DNA from: a virus
Taxonomy: Duplodnaviria; Caudoviricetes
Virus record (IMG/VR): IMGVR_UViG_3300017911_000967
Location: 32,942-96,941 of that record
Direction: 5' to 3' (one strand)
DNA length: 64,000 nucleotides
Every line of letters begins with the position of its first letter. The stretch's first letter is position 1. The position numbers were made by a program, and so were the translations under genes. Of this stretch, positions 11,809 through 22,610 are shown one piece after another. A model generated the notes under the pieces. That model saw only the letters and a program-made list of their open reading frames with translations, ran no database searches and was not told the DNA's origin.

Positions 11809-14800
11809 ATGACAACCGATAACAACATAGACAAACCACAACCAGTAACCGACACAACTTTCAAGACTGATTATCGTGACTACTACGATGAGAAAGATGG
11901 ATATCATCGTGTCCTATTCAATGCTGGTCGTGCATTACAAGCCAGAGAACTGATTGAACTACAGACAATAATTCAGGAAGAGATTTCTCGATTCGGTGGC
12001 AATGTATTTAAAGAAGGTGCGTTGGTAAAACCAGGCGGTGTCACTGTAGATAATAAAGTCGAGTTCGTTCGATTTACAGAAACTAGTGTAGTCCCATCGG
12101 ACATTCAGGTACTCACTCATGATGAAAGTGGTATCAAGGCAAAGGTACTTTCGGTAGATACAGAATCCAAAACTGTCTACGTACAATATACTGACACTTT
12201 AAACGCAGGTGGTGGTGAGACTGCTCCAAGGTTCTCTGTAGGTGATCGTCTTGAGGCAGGACAGGTAGAAGCGTCGGGTCTTTCGACTTGGGCATACTTC
12301 GCCTCTGGTGATTACTTTGTTCAAGGACATTTCGTCCATGCGGTTGGTGGTGAACTAATCATCGACCCAGAAGGTACCAGTTATCTGGACGCGGATGGTC
12401 GATCGATTCCCGTTGATATCGGTTTCAAGATTGAAGAAGTAATCTTCACAGAGGGTGAGGATCCAGATCTTTTTGATAATCAGGGCGAGTATCCTAACTC
12501 AACTTCTCCAGGCGCACACCGTTATAAAATCATATTAACACCATCCACTCGTGAACAATCTGACGAAAATAATTTTGTCTTCGTCGCTCGTGTTCTTAAT
12601 GGTGAGATCACACGCGAAGTAACTAGTCACGACGGATACAATCGTATCAACAAACTCCTTGCGCAACGTACCAAGGAAGAGTCTGGTGATTATGTTGTCC
12701 AAGATTTTACCGCAGTCTTCGAAGATAAGAATGATCAGGAACTAATACTAGATGTTTCTGAAGGTATCGCATACGTTGATGGATATCGACTAGACATCGG
12801 TCGTACAGAAATAACTGTACCTCGTGCACAGACTTCGAATAAAGTAGATCTGGAGAGTGTTCCAGCATCATACGGTAACTGGGTTTACCTAGACTTATCG
12901 GGTACTAATGGATTGGGAGACATCGCAAACTTCGGTAAACTTGATTTGATCGGTGCTGATGGAGATCCAACCAATCCTATAGGTTCAACTTTCTTACGTG
13001 GTATTGAAAAAGATCAGTCCGGTTTTCGTGCATACATCTTCAACACAGTAACTAACACCGATGTATCTTTCAGTCAAGTTCACGAAATGGTCACTCCCGA
13101 TGGATCGTCTGTATTAAAAGTAAGACGTGAATCAGATTCAGGAGCAACCATATACAGCACTTCTGATAATAATCTTTTATTTCCGCTGTCACAATCAAGT
13201 CCAGTTGCCAATACTCTAAACAAGATATCTTATACCCAACAAGTAATTAAGTCGGGGGAGTCTCCGGAAGACGACGGAACAATATCTATTCTTGATGGCC
13301 GAGAAACTCAGAGTTGGATTCTATCTAAAGATGGAGTTGGTATTCAAGAAGGAGAAGAATACGTCCCAACCTTGTCGGGAACTTATGAAAACCTTGATAC
13401 GAACGCGACGTACAGCATCCTTTATTATCAAACAACAGAACCTAGTAATAAGAGTAAAACTTTAAAAGACACTACTATAAATGTCACGAGTGGATACGAT
13501 CTTATTTCATCTAATGTTGTCGATGGATATGAAGTTGAAAATGTATTCCTAACAGTTGGGGACCAATCTTCAGACATCACCTTCATGTATGAAATGGATA
13601 ACGGTCAACGTGACAACTTCTATGACTTTGTTAGGTTTAAATTAAAGCCAGGTAATACTATACCAACCGGCGCGACTGTCTCTGTTACATTTAAATACTT
13701 TGAACACTCCACCACTGGAGGTTTCTTCTCCGCAGCATCATATGGAACAGGAGCAGAAGGTCAACTTTCTTATGATGAGATACCAACATACACCATGTCT
13801 AACGGCAACACGGTATCTTTACGTGACGTTATAGATTTCCGTCCATCAAGAAACTCGGATGGATCGTTCAAGGTGATGCCTTTACCCCAGAATGCATCTT
13901 CTCTTGTTCTAGATGATGTCGAATATTATCTACCTCGTATTGATGTCCTAGTGGCAAATGTTGTCGATAGTTATGGGGATGTTGGTTTTGGTGAATTACA
14001 AGTATTGCAGGGACAACCATCCACGTCTCCTAGACCACCACAGATTCCTACAGGGTCTCTTCCTCTATACGTCTATCAACTTAATGCATACACCTTCGAT
14101 TCAACAGATCTAACAAGTGAGAAACAATCTCACAAGAGATATACTATGAAGGATATCGCCAAGATCGAGAACAGATTGGAAGGTCTATATGAACTGACGA
14201 CTCTAAGTTTACTAGAGTCTAGTACGCAGTCACTAGATGTGTTGGACGCACAAGGAAACCCAAGAACCAAGGCTGGATTTATCGCGGACAACTTCTCCAC
14301 GTTTAACTTCTCCGATGTGAATAATGTAGACTACCTTGCGTCAGTGGAAACAACAAACGGAGAGTTACAACCATCGTTCAGAGAGAATCTTGTTAGGTTA
14401 AAATATGATGAGTCTCAAGGCAATTCTTCTCGCACTGGTGACTATGCAACTCTGCCTTACACACATGCTTCGTTTATAACGCAAGATGTTGCTACCAGCA
14501 CCATGAACATCAACCCGTTCGCGGTTATCACGCAGGAAGGTCACATTACACTATCACCTTCAAGTGATGAGTGGGTGGAGACCCAAACACTGCCACCAAT
14601 CATGCAGACAGTTGTACGTCGTACACCTAGAAACCCTCGCGATCTCCGCGCCGATGTAGGGTTCAACGACATGTGGAATGGTATTGCAAACTTCAATCGA
14701 AATATGTTGGCCGAACCAAACCTATTTGAAATACAACCTCTTGCTCGATCCGTCCAAGAGTTTGTTGGACAACGAGTCGCGGGTGTTGAAGTCATTCCAT

Positions 14801-16731
14801 TCATGCGATCACGTTTAGTCTCGTTCAAGGCAGAAGGTCTTCGTCCTAACGCTAAGGTATGGGCATACTTCGGTAACCGCAATGTATCCGAATGGTGTCG
14901 ACCAACGAACAGGTTTGTTGAGTTCTCAACTACAGATTCGGAAGTAGGATCAACTCAGTCTTCAGCAACAGGCATCGTTGGTTCTAGTCAGTTGACTACT
15001 AACGACAGAGGTGAAGTTGTTGGTGAGTTCTTGATCCCGAATACGGATGCATTAAGATTCCGAACAGGAACACAAGACTTCCAGATCTTAGACATCAATG
15101 TAGACACCACGTCTGCAAGACTAACAACAGAACAGGCGTCAGAGTCATTAACAAACTCTACTGCACCTTACACATCGACTGGAACTATTGAGTCCATCCA
15201 AAGAACTATCCGAACCACGCGTGTACCACAACGTGTGCGTGGTCGCCGCGATCCACTTGCGCAGTCTTTCTTTGTTGATCCAACGGAAAATCCAAACGGT
15301 ATCTTCTTAACTAAGGTGCGTGTCTATGTTCAAAGCAAAGACTCTACCATTCCAATGCAGGTACAAATTCGTCCAGTAGAGAACGGCATACCGACAACCA
15401 CTATTGTACCAGGCTCGGTGAAGTTTGTCAAACCAGATGACATCACACTTGCACCTAACACGGACATTGAAAGTATTCGGTCTAATGGAACCACCATTGA
15501 GTTCGATGAACCAGTATATCTAACCGCAGGTGAAGAGTATGCGATTGTCCTACTTGCCGAGTCAGTTGACTATAACGTATACGTAGCACAAACCTACGAG
15601 ACGATTATTGGTGGCAATGAAGGTAAGGTATCGAAACAACCTTCACTTGGTTCACTGTTCATGTCACAGAGTGGATCAACGTGGACACCAGATCAGACCA
15701 AAGATCTAATGTTCGAACTAGAACGCGCAGAGTTTGAATCGTCAGGAAATGTATATTTAATCAATGGAAGTCTACCTTTAGTATCACTGGAAGACTCTCC
15801 GTTCAGCACAACAGAATCGTCTAATCGAGTTTTGGTCCGACATGAAGGTCACGGTTTTACTAGATTTGATCAGGTAACATTCTCTGGGTCTACCGCAGTT
15901 GGTGGCCTTGATTTAAATTCAACATTTACTATTGACAATGTTACATCTACAGGGTATACTATCGTAACTGGTCAGACGAATACTGCTACATCAACTTCTG
16001 TTGGTGGTGGTAGTTCGGTCGTTGCAACTCAGAATGTCATGTTCGACGAATTCACTCCTCAAGTTTCATCTATTATGCCTAACGGAACATCTCTATCCGC
16101 TACATCGGATATGTGCAAAGGTGCATCGTATGGGGGAGATGGTGATAACGGTCGTAATCCAAATTCAAGTGGTCTTTCGTATAATAGAAATATTTCTCAA
16201 GAAGTCGTATTGAATGAAGTTAATACGGGATCACACCCATCTGTTGTCGCAACTACAGATAACAAACAGAGTCACAGTATTGAATTCAACTTGTCTCTTC
16301 AAACTTCTGACAGTAAAGTCTCTCCTTTAATTGATCTTCAACGAGTCTCCATGTTGGCTCTAGAAAATGTTATTGGTGATCAGTCAGAAGCACAACACAT
16401 CACAAGACCTACAACCATTGACGAAAGCTCGATTGGACTCAAAGTCATCTTTGGTGCAAACCGTCCAACCGGATCTTCGTTTGAAGTCTATGTTAAGACT
16501 TCTGCTGATGATGATTCGTTATCCGATGCACCTTGGACCCTAGTATCGATTGATAGTCCGGTACCTTCAGACGACAATGTATCGGTTTTCCGTGAGTATG
16601 AGTATACGCAAGAAAATCCAGATACCGTTGATTCCTTCAGTGCGTTCCAAGTAAAGGTTGTTATGAAATCAAGTAACTCATCTAAGTCTCCACGCATTCG
16701 AGACTTGCGTGTTATCGCACTGGTAACATAA
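11809..16731 (+). CDS. Large virion structural protein (VrlC/DUF4815-like)
   Basis: YHRVLFNAGRALQARELIELQTIIQ, PGAHRYKI, RYTMKDI..IENR, DPLAQSF, SLFMSQ...WT..Q..DL.F, PRIRDLRVIAL. Confidence 0.85.
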   Translation: MTTDNNIDKPQPVTDTTFKTDYRDYYDEKDGYHRVLFNAGRALQARELIELQTIIQEEISRFGGNVFKEGALVKPGGVTVDNKVEFVRFTETSVVPSDIQVLTHDESGIKAKVLSVDTESKTVYVQYTDTLNAGGGETAPRFSVGDRLEAGQVEASGLSTWAYFASGDYFVQGHFVHAVGGELIIDPEGTSYLDADGRSIPVDIGFKIEEVIFTEGEDPDLFDNQGEYPNSTSPGAHRYKIILTPSTREQSDENNFVFVARVLNGEITREVTSHDGYNRINKLLAQRTKEESGDYVVQDFTAVFEDKNDQELILDVSEGIAYVDGYRLDIGRTEITVPRAQTSNKVDLESVPASYGNWVYLDLSGTNGLGDIANFGKLDLIGADGDPTNPIGSTFLRGIEKDQSGFRAYIFNTVTNTDVSFSQVHEMVTPDGSSVLKVRRESDSGATIYSTSDNNLLFPLSQSSPVANTLNKISYTQQVIKSGESPEDDGTISILDGRETQSWILSKDGVGIQEGEEYVPTLSGTYENLDTNATYSILYYQTTEPSNKSKTLKDTTINVTSGYDLISSNVVDGYEVENVFLTVGDQSSDITFMYEMDNGQRDNFYDFVRFKLKPGNTIPTGATVSVTFKYFEHSTTGGFFSAASYGTGAEGQLSYDEIPTYTMSNGNTVSLRDVIDFRPSRNSDGSFKVMPLPQNASSLVLDDVEYYLPRIDVLVANVVDSYGDVGFGELQVLQGQPSTSPRPPQIPTGSLPLYVYQLNAYTFDSTDLTSEKQSHKRYTMKDIAKIENRLEGLYELTTLSLLESSTQSLDVLDAQGNPRTKAGFIADNFSTFNFSDVNNVDYLASVETTNGELQPSFRENLVRLKYDESQGNSSRTGDYATLPYTHASFITQDVATSTMNINPFAVITQEGHITLSPSSDEWVETQTLPPIMQTVVRRTPRNPRDLRADVGFNDMWNGIANFNRNMLAEPNLFEIQPLARSVQEFVGQRVAGVEVIPFMRSRLVSFKAEGLRPNAKVWAYFGNRNVSEWCRPTNRFVEFSTTDSEVGSTQSSATGIVGSSQLTTNDRGEVVGEFLIPNTDALRFRTGTQDFQILDINVDTTSARLTTEQASESLTNSTAPYTSTGTIESIQRTIRTTRVPQRVRGRRDPLAQSFFVDPTENPNGIFLTKVRVYVQSKDSTIPMQVQIRPVENGIPTTTIVPGSVKFVKPDDITLAPNTDIESIRSNGTTIEFDEPVYLTAGEEYAIVLLAESVDYNVYVAQTYETIIGGNEGKVSKQPSLGSLFMSQSGSTWTPDQTKDLMFELERAEFESSGNVYLINGSLPLVSLEDSPFSTTESSNRVLVRHEGHGFTRFDQVTFSGSTAVGGLDLNSTFTIDNVTSTGYTIVTGQTNTATSTSVGGGSSVVATQNVMFDEFTPQVSSIMPNGTSLSATSDMCKGASYGGDGDNGRNPNSSGLSYNRNISQEVVLNEVNTGSHPSVVATTDNKQSHSIEFNLSLQTSDSKVSPLIDLQRVSMLALENVIGDQSEAQHITRPTTIDESSIGLKVIFGANRPTGSSFEVYVKTSADDDSLSDAPWTLVSIDSPVPSDDNVSVFREYEYTQENPDTVDSFSAFQVKVVMKSSNSSKSPRIRDLRVIALVT

Positions 16732-16961
16732 TGAATAAATACCAGAAGGTCGAAGGACATACTAATCTAGTAAGAGACAAACAAACAGGGGCGATCCTGA
16801 ACACCAACCGTGCAGAGATCGCAAAGGCGAGAAAAATAAAAGAGGCTAAGAGACTAGAGACGGAAAGAATGAACTCACTCACGGAAGAGGTAACCACTCT
16901 GAAGAACGAGATGTCTGAGATCAAACAATTACTTACCCGTCTAGTGGAGAACAACGAATGA
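16731..16961 (+). CDS. Small conserved hypothetical protein following VrlC-like gene
   Basis: KVEGHTNLVRD..TGAILN motif plus C-terminal coiled coil; overlapping start/stop with both neighbours. Confidence 0.75.
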   Translation: MNKYQKVEGHTNLVRDKQTGAILNTNRAEIAKARKIKEAKRLETERMNSLTEEVTTLKNEMSEIKQLLTRLVENNE

Positions 16962-19900
16962 GTCACGGTGACGACACAATACAGATCATTAATCTCGCGG
17001 ATAACATCAACGCGGCGTTCGATAAGATCAACGAAAACTTCGAATTACTAGACGCAGGTTTAGATCGTGATGAAGTTATTGCTCTTATCACAGAACACTT
17101 GAACGACAACCCACACTTCTCTCTACAAGAGATTCGTGATCATATAGAGGGTGCCACTCTTGACATGAGTGGTAACAAAGTTTTATTCGGCAACGTGTAC
17201 CCTTCAGTATCAGACCTACCAGACGCGTCTGCTTATCATGGTATGTTCGCTCATGTTCATGACACTGGTGCTGCATACTTTGCGCACGGCGGTCAATGGG
17301 TAGAGTTAGCAAACAAGAGCGATGTGGGTACAGGGTCTTCGGACGTAGAATCTCTAGAAGACTTAGATGATGTCCAGTTTAGTTCTCCAGTGTTGGTCGG
17401 TCATGTCTTAAAGTGGGACGGAACCAAGTGGACTAACCTAGAAGACTCCAGTGGTGGCGGTGGTGGTCCAACAAATCCAGGCGAGAACGGAACCTCTTTC
17501 TATCAAGCGACAATCTACCAGAGATCTCCAACTCAACCATCGACCCCTAGTGGTGGTACATTCGACTTTCCTTCAGCTACACTAACCCCACCTTCAGATT
17601 GGTCAGGTACTATCCCAGAAGGTGATGATGACCTATGGGCATGTAACTTCCTATTCAGAGATTACCTATCGCAACAGGGAACGATTACCGCAACAGATTG
17701 GTCAGAACCATATAAGTTGGGCGGAATCGTTGATGCGAACAATGGTGATTCATATGCACAGGTTTCTATCTTTAAGAGATCGACAACATCTTTGACCGCA
17801 CCAACGGGTGGGTCGTTTGATTTTGGATCTCAGGTATTGACTCCACCGTCAGAGTGGTCTATTGTTCCCCCTCTACCTCAAGACGAAAATGGTAATCCAA
17901 CCGGAGATCTATATGTAAGTTCTGGCATCGCAACCAACGCTGGACTATCAGATCCTACGGGTAAAGACACAGACATCAACTGGACTAACCCAGTAAAGAC
18001 CTCTACAGGTCTCGACGGACAAGACGGTAAGTCTATCTTCGAGAAGGCAGTATACCGCAAGGTTCCTAAACCAGACGGATGGAAAGTTGGTGACGATATC
18101 CCAACTCCGTCTAAACCAGAAGGTGGTTTCTTCGACTTCGGTAACGAGGTGTTCGGTGGTGACCCACTAGATTCCGTTGCAGGAGAGTCGGGTGTTTGGT
18201 TCGAAGGAATCCCAGAAGGATCAGGTGACGTATGGTCATCTACCTATGCGTTCAGTGTTATCGGTGATACTGGAACAGATTATGCAGTCGTGGACGGATG
18301 GAGCGAACCTACACTAGGTATCATTGAGAGTGTATCAACATACTCCAAGGCTCTATACACACGATCTGCAACACCACCAAACCCGATCGCAAACAGTAAT
18401 GGTGTTGTCTATAACTTCACAGAAGATCGTTTTGAAAAGATAGGTGATACAGATGTCGTTGCTGGTGTAACCAATGGTACATGGTATGAAGAACCGCCAG
18501 AGTTAGACCTAGACAATCCTCTGAACTTATATGAAGTGAGGACAACTGCAAGTCTTATTGGGTATCTTGGTGTCGACAATACACTAACCTTCAGCGCACC
18601 TAAACTAGTAATGAACTATGCGGTCGACGCGGAGGATGGTTTCAGTTTTGTTCAGTTGAGTGTTTACAAGTGGTCGAATACTAGTCTTGATAATAATGCA
18701 GGCAAACCTTCAGGCGGTAGTTTCGACTTCTCAACGAAGACCTTTACACAACCAAGTGGGTGGTCTAAGACCATACCGGAGAACCCAGACGAAGACGACG
18801 CAAACATGAGGTTGTATGTGTCGTCCGGTATTGCTTCGACGCAACCAAACTCTGGTGACAGTACAGATCCAATCGTTGTCGATGATGTTATCGTTTGGTC
18901 TACACCAGACGTAACAACCGCCGGTGGTTCTGGTCGTGATGGTCGATCTACATTTAGAGCAGTTATTGTTCGAAGATCAGATCAAAATCCACCATCGAGT
19001 CCAACGGGTGGTTTTGTAAACTTCGGTGCTAATGCTGCAACAAAAACACAGGCAGAGGCTGCGGCAGCAAACGTCACGTCCAGTGGAACTCTAACGATCG
19101 CCGGTAACTCTTTAGTTCCACCAGACGGGTGGTACGATACCGTTGCAGAAATTCCATCGAGTCAAGCTCCGGACGGTAAGATCTGGGCAGTAGAATATCA
19201 ATTCGCCACAGATGGCGATACTGGTGTCGAGCCTGGTGGTACATGGTCTGCACCGTATGAAGATCACAACAATGGTGAGGACGGTTACTCAACCTTCTCC
19301 GCATCTGTTTATAAAAGAAGTGCCAACAAACCACCAGCAAGTGGTGGTAAGTGGGGCCCTGTCGGTGCAACATATAGTTTTACCAATGATCGCGTAGAGA
19401 ACTTGTCTGGCACTGGATGGACAGAAGATCCACAAGAATCCAATGAAGATCTCGATCCATTGTGGTTATGTCGTGCGACTGCGACTACGAAGGGACTTAC
19501 AGGAACCGACGCGACACTGACTTGGTCAGAACCAGTAAAGGTTTCAACCGATGGACAGCCAGGCGAAGTAGACCCAACTACTATACCTCAACAAGAGAAC
19601 GGTTATGTCTACTACCTAGTTGGGGACGGGACATCCGATGGTCCAGACACTCCAACCGCAACCAGTTTCAATTTCATAGGAACTGGAACGGTAGGCACTG
19701 ACGGAACATTTACTGGGCTAACAAACAACTGGTCTATCTCTCCACCGCAAGACACGAACCTAACCGGAAGTCTATGGGCAGCAAGATTCTTTGCAGTAGA
19801 AGATACTGCGGGAAGTCGAACTGCGACAACTGCCTCAGGTAACTTATTGTTCAGTCCTCCATTTAAGTCATACTCATTTGATGGTTTGGTAACCTTTACG

Positions 19901-20203
19901 AACACACAAGGTGCCCTGAGTCGAGACGATGGTGGCGCGACACGCATCGATGGTGGGTTTATCTCTGCAAATACCATCGAAGTAGAATCTATAAAAACCG
20001 ACGATCTAGATGCTAAGATTGCCACTGTCGCACAAACTTTAGTTGTCGGTGGTGCTGCAACGGACATAGATACTACGCAAGCGGACGGTTACTCATCATC
20101 GGGTGAGAGAATGGTTCTCACCGGAGAAAACATTAGAATTTATGATGCAAGCAGCACAGATGAATCTACAGGACTTCGCGTCAAACTAGGGAAACTTGTA
20201 TAA
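16958..20203 (+). CDS. Tail fibre protein with ~8 tandem ~95-110 aa repeats
   Basis: N-terminal FDKINENF and YHGMFAHVH motifs; repeats of the form Y.RS..P..P.GG.FDF...W...WS.P; C-terminal RIYDA...LRVKLGKL. Confidence 0.8.
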   Translation: MSHGDDTIQIINLADNINAAFDKINENFELLDAGLDRDEVIALITEHLNDNPHFSLQEIRDHIEGATLDMSGNKVLFGNVYPSVSDLPDASAYHGMFAHVHDTGAAYFAHGGQWVELANKSDVGTGSSDVESLEDLDDVQFSSPVLVGHVLKWDGTKWTNLEDSSGGGGGPTNPGENGTSFYQATIYQRSPTQPSTPSGGTFDFPSATLTPPSDWSGTIPEGDDDLWACNFLFRDYLSQQGTITATDWSEPYKLGGIVDANNGDSYAQVSIFKRSTTSLTAPTGGSFDFGSQVLTPPSEWSIVPPLPQDENGNPTGDLYVSSGIATNAGLSDPTGKDTDINWTNPVKTSTGLDGQDGKSIFEKAVYRKVPKPDGWKVGDDIPTPSKPEGGFFDFGNEVFGGDPLDSVAGESGVWFEGIPEGSGDVWSSTYAFSVIGDTGTDYAVVDGWSEPTLGIIESVSTYSKALYTRSATPPNPIANSNGVVYNFTEDRFEKIGDTDVVAGVTNGTWYEEPPELDLDNPLNLYEVRTTASLIGYLGVDNTLTFSAPKLVMNYAVDAEDGFSFVQLSVYKWSNTSLDNNAGKPSGGSFDFSTKTFTQPSGWSKTIPENPDEDDANMRLYVSSGIASTQPNSGDSTDPIVVDDVIVWSTPDVTTAGGSGRDGRSTFRAVIVRRSDQNPPSSPTGGFVNFGANAATKTQAEAAAANVTSSGTLTIAGNSLVPPDGWYDTVAEIPSSQAPDGKIWAVEYQFATDGDTGVEPGGTWSAPYEDHNNGEDGYSTFSASVYKRSANKPPASGGKWGPVGATYSFTNDRVENLSGTGWTEDPQESNEDLDPLWLCRATATTKGLTGTDATLTWSEPVKVSTDGQPGEVDPTTIPQQENGYVYYLVGDGTSDGPDTPTATSFNFIGTGTVGTDGTFTGLTNNWSISPPQDTNLTGSLWAARFFAVEDTAGSRTATTASGNLLFSPPFKSYSFDGLVTFTNTQGALSRDDGGATRIDGGFISANTIEVESIKTDDLDAKIATVAQTLVVGGAATDIDTTQADGYSSSGERMVLTGENIRIYDASSTDESTGLRVKLGKLV

Positions 20204-20571
20204 TGTCTTACGGAATAGAAGTCTACAATTCAGAAGGCACAAAGATTGTAAGTCCTAATAGTAGTTTAGGGACCATTATTGCATATGGAAGGGTTCCGGC
20301 CGATCGATCGAGATATGAGGCAATTCTTGAGGGAAACCCAAATGCGGGTAATATAATGAATGGAAATGCGGTATACATATGGGGTGAGTTGGTAGATATC
20401 CCAGTTTTTGTCCCTAACTTTATAAACGATTCTTTACATGAAATAATCATCGTTTGTCCCTCTAACATCATTGTTGGAAATGGTTCAATTGTAAGTAAAT
20501 CAAATGGAAGTTTTGTTCTTAGAAGAAATGATAAATTCGATGCGGCTTGGTATGTAGTGAGGCGAGGATGA
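20203..20571 (+). CDS. Tail fibre-associated small protein (MSYGIE..N.G family)
   Basis: Start overlaps the fibre stop; MSYGIEVYNSEG N-terminus shared with the next gene. Confidence 0.65.
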   Translation: MSYGIEVYNSEGTKIVSPNSSLGTIIAYGRVPADRSRYEAILEGNPNAGNIMNGNAVYIWGELVDIPVFVPNFINDSLHEIIIVCPSNIIVGNGSIVSKSNGSFVLRRNDKFDAAWYVVRRG

Positions 20572-22004
20572 GTTACGGAATTGAAATAAGAAATTCTGAC
20601 GGTAATATTATTATCGAAGATGGTTTTAAAAACTTTCAAGTAGTTGCCTTCGGCACTACCAGTGCTGGTTCGGTTATACCATATGGAAATAATTTTTTGA
20701 CCGGAGGACTCATTTTCGGTAAACCTTCTGGTGTAAACCAAAATGATTTTTATGGATGGCATATTGCAGGAAATAGTACTACTGGAAATTTTGTCGGCGT
20801 CGGTCGTGGATCTGTAAACCTAGTTGATCCAGTTCAAGAAAGACCTAACCCATTTAGTGGAAATACAACTACTTATGATTATACAACAACTCCTATAACT
20901 CTACCTAATGTTGGTAAGATGGCACCCAGTGTAGATTGGGTATATGTGGAACCTTCGGCAACTTCACCCAATCCATCTGATTATGGATTAGAGGTTTATG
21001 CGGCCGACGGAACCGTATCGTACACTAGTACAGTAGAAAGCGAGTTTGATCTAACCTCCGTTGTAACTATTACTAACTTCGATCCACCATATTACGGACA
21101 GGATGATTTTCACGCTACTGGATTCTTCAGCGCAAGTGACTCAGCATTTAATTATTATATGTGTCTAAGTAATCTTGTTTCGTTTCCTGTTACTACAATT
21201 CCTGGCCAGTATGGATGGGTGAATTCTGGAAGATGGACGGCTGGTGGAATAACATTTTACCAACCAACATGGAATATTGCGAACTTCACTAGTGTAGGAC
21301 AACAAATTCTTATAGGTAAATATGTAGGAACTTCTTCTGGCGCTGAATCTGGCGGAAACGAAACAGAGACACCGAATCTTGCGCCAACTTATATTTCTGG
21401 GGTTGCATCCTCTTATACATTAAATACTAATGGTACCACAATCACTCCGATTTTCAGTGATCCTGAAGGTGGTCAAATAACCATTACTTTTTACACTTCT
21501 GGAACTTTAGGTGGAGCATCAATTGAACTAATCAATAATGGAACACAGATTAGAATAGTTCCAGGCGATAACGATGCAAGTTTTTCTCTAACTATAGTTG
21601 GAAGTGATGGGACTCAAGGAACATCAAGGGTTGCAGCAATTAACTATACCGTACCGGCGTCATCAAACAATCCGCCAGTGATTGCTACAAACAGTGTAAG
21701 CAGTTCTTACTCATTGCAGGGAACTTCTGCAACAACAACCATATCACCTCTTGTTATAGAACCAGATGGTGACTCTTATACTCTAAGCGCTTCTGTCACG
21801 GGAAGTAGTACAGGAATGTCTGTGACTGTGAATCAAAATAATACTATTACTGTATCATGGAATGGTGCTATGGTCGGTCTGTCATTCACACTAAATATAA
21901 CCGCAGTGGATCAAAACGGTGCGGTTAGCAGTCCAGTATCTACAATTATAATTTGGGAGTCGGGTGGAGGTTTTCCTCCCATAGATCCAGGCGGATTGTT
22001 CTAA
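20568..22004 (+). CDS. Putative fibre-tip/receptor-binding protein with two C-terminal Ig/cadherin-like repeats
   Basis: MSYGIEIRNSDG start at 20568; internal YGLEVYAADG; N.AP/NNPP...DPEG/EPDG...F.L.I...D repeats; AT-rich. Confidence 0.6.
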   Translation: MSYGIEIRNSDGNIIIEDGFKNFQVVAFGTTSAGSVIPYGNNFLTGGLIFGKPSGVNQNDFYGWHIAGNSTTGNFVGVGRGSVNLVDPVQERPNPFSGNTTTYDYTTTPITLPNVGKMAPSVDWVYVEPSATSPNPSDYGLEVYAADGTVSYTSTVESEFDLTSVVTITNFDPPYYGQDDFHATGFFSASDSAFNYYMCLSNLVSFPVTTIPGQYGWVNSGRWTAGGITFYQPTWNIANFTSVGQQILIGKYVGTSSGAESGGNETETPNLAPTYISGVASSYTLNTNGTTITPIFSDPEGGQITITFYTSGTLGGASIELINNGTQIRIVPGDNDASFSLTIVGSDGTQGTSRVAAINYTVPASSNNPPVIATNSVSSSYSLQGTSATTTISPLVIEPDGDSYTLSASVTGSSTGMSVTVNQNNTITVSWNGAMVGLSFTLNITAVDQNGAVSSPVSTIIIWESGGGFPPIDPGGLF

Positions 22005-22038
22005 TCTAGTTTAATTTAAAAAATCAAAGGGAAATAAA

Positions 22039-22491
22039 ATGAAAATTTTGGCATATGTAGATCAAGGAACAGGACAGATAGTCTCAGTATCTAGCGTCTC
22101 AGTTAGTGCCCCTAGTCATGAAGATGGAAATATAGTAGATGGTTTCCTTGTTAAAGATATTAGTTTCGCAGGAACTTCTTGGCAAACTTTCGGAAAAGAT
22201 CATTGGTGGGACGGTGGAGAATGGGTAGAAAGGGGCGAACAACCAACCCAATATCATTCATGGTTAAATGGTGAGTGGGTGTTTGTTCAATCTTCATTTG
22301 AAACCTCAGTAAGAAACATTAGAGATCAACTACTTCAACAGTCGGACTGGACTCAGATTCCAGACGCCCCACTATCGACAGATATGAAGAACGCATGGGC
22401 GGGATACCGTCAAGAGTTGCGTGATATTACTTCAAACTTAGAAGGTTTGACTAGTTTAGAAGACGTAAACTGGCCAGAACCACCACAGTAA
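22039..22491 (+). CDS. Tail fibre assembly chaperone
   Basis: C-terminal VRNIRDQLLQQSDWTQIPDAPL...WAGYRQELRDIT...VNWPEPP. Confidence 0.85.
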   Translation: MKILAYVDQGTGQIVSVSSVSVSAPSHEDGNIVDGFLVKDISFAGTSWQTFGKDHWWDGGEWVERGEQPTQYHSWLNGEWVFVQSSFETSVRNIRDQLLQQSDWTQIPDAPLSTDMKNAWAGYRQELRDITSNLEGLTSLEDVNWPEPPQ

Positions 22492-22518
22492 TAGTTGACA
22501 CAAATATTTTTACAAAAG

Positions 22519-22549
22519 TGCGGTTACTTCGGTTCCCGCATTTTTTTTT
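22519..22549 (+). terminator. Rho-independent terminator
   Basis: TGCGG..AC-TTCG-GT..CCGCA hairpin followed by T9. Confidence 0.8.
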
Positions 22550-22551
22550 CT

Positions 22552-22559
22552 TATAAATA
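22552..22559 (+). promoter_or_regulatory. T4-type late promoter TATAAATA
   Basis: Exact consensus upstream of the 1602-aa repeat protein. Confidence 0.8.
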
Positions 22560-22610
22560 ACTGTTGTCATTAACCAATAAATCCTTTTAACTTAAAAGAG
22601 AGACGATATC

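Noticed and set aside
22495-22500. TTGACA after the chaperone gene
   Set aside because: No -10 box at proper spacing; followed by a terminator
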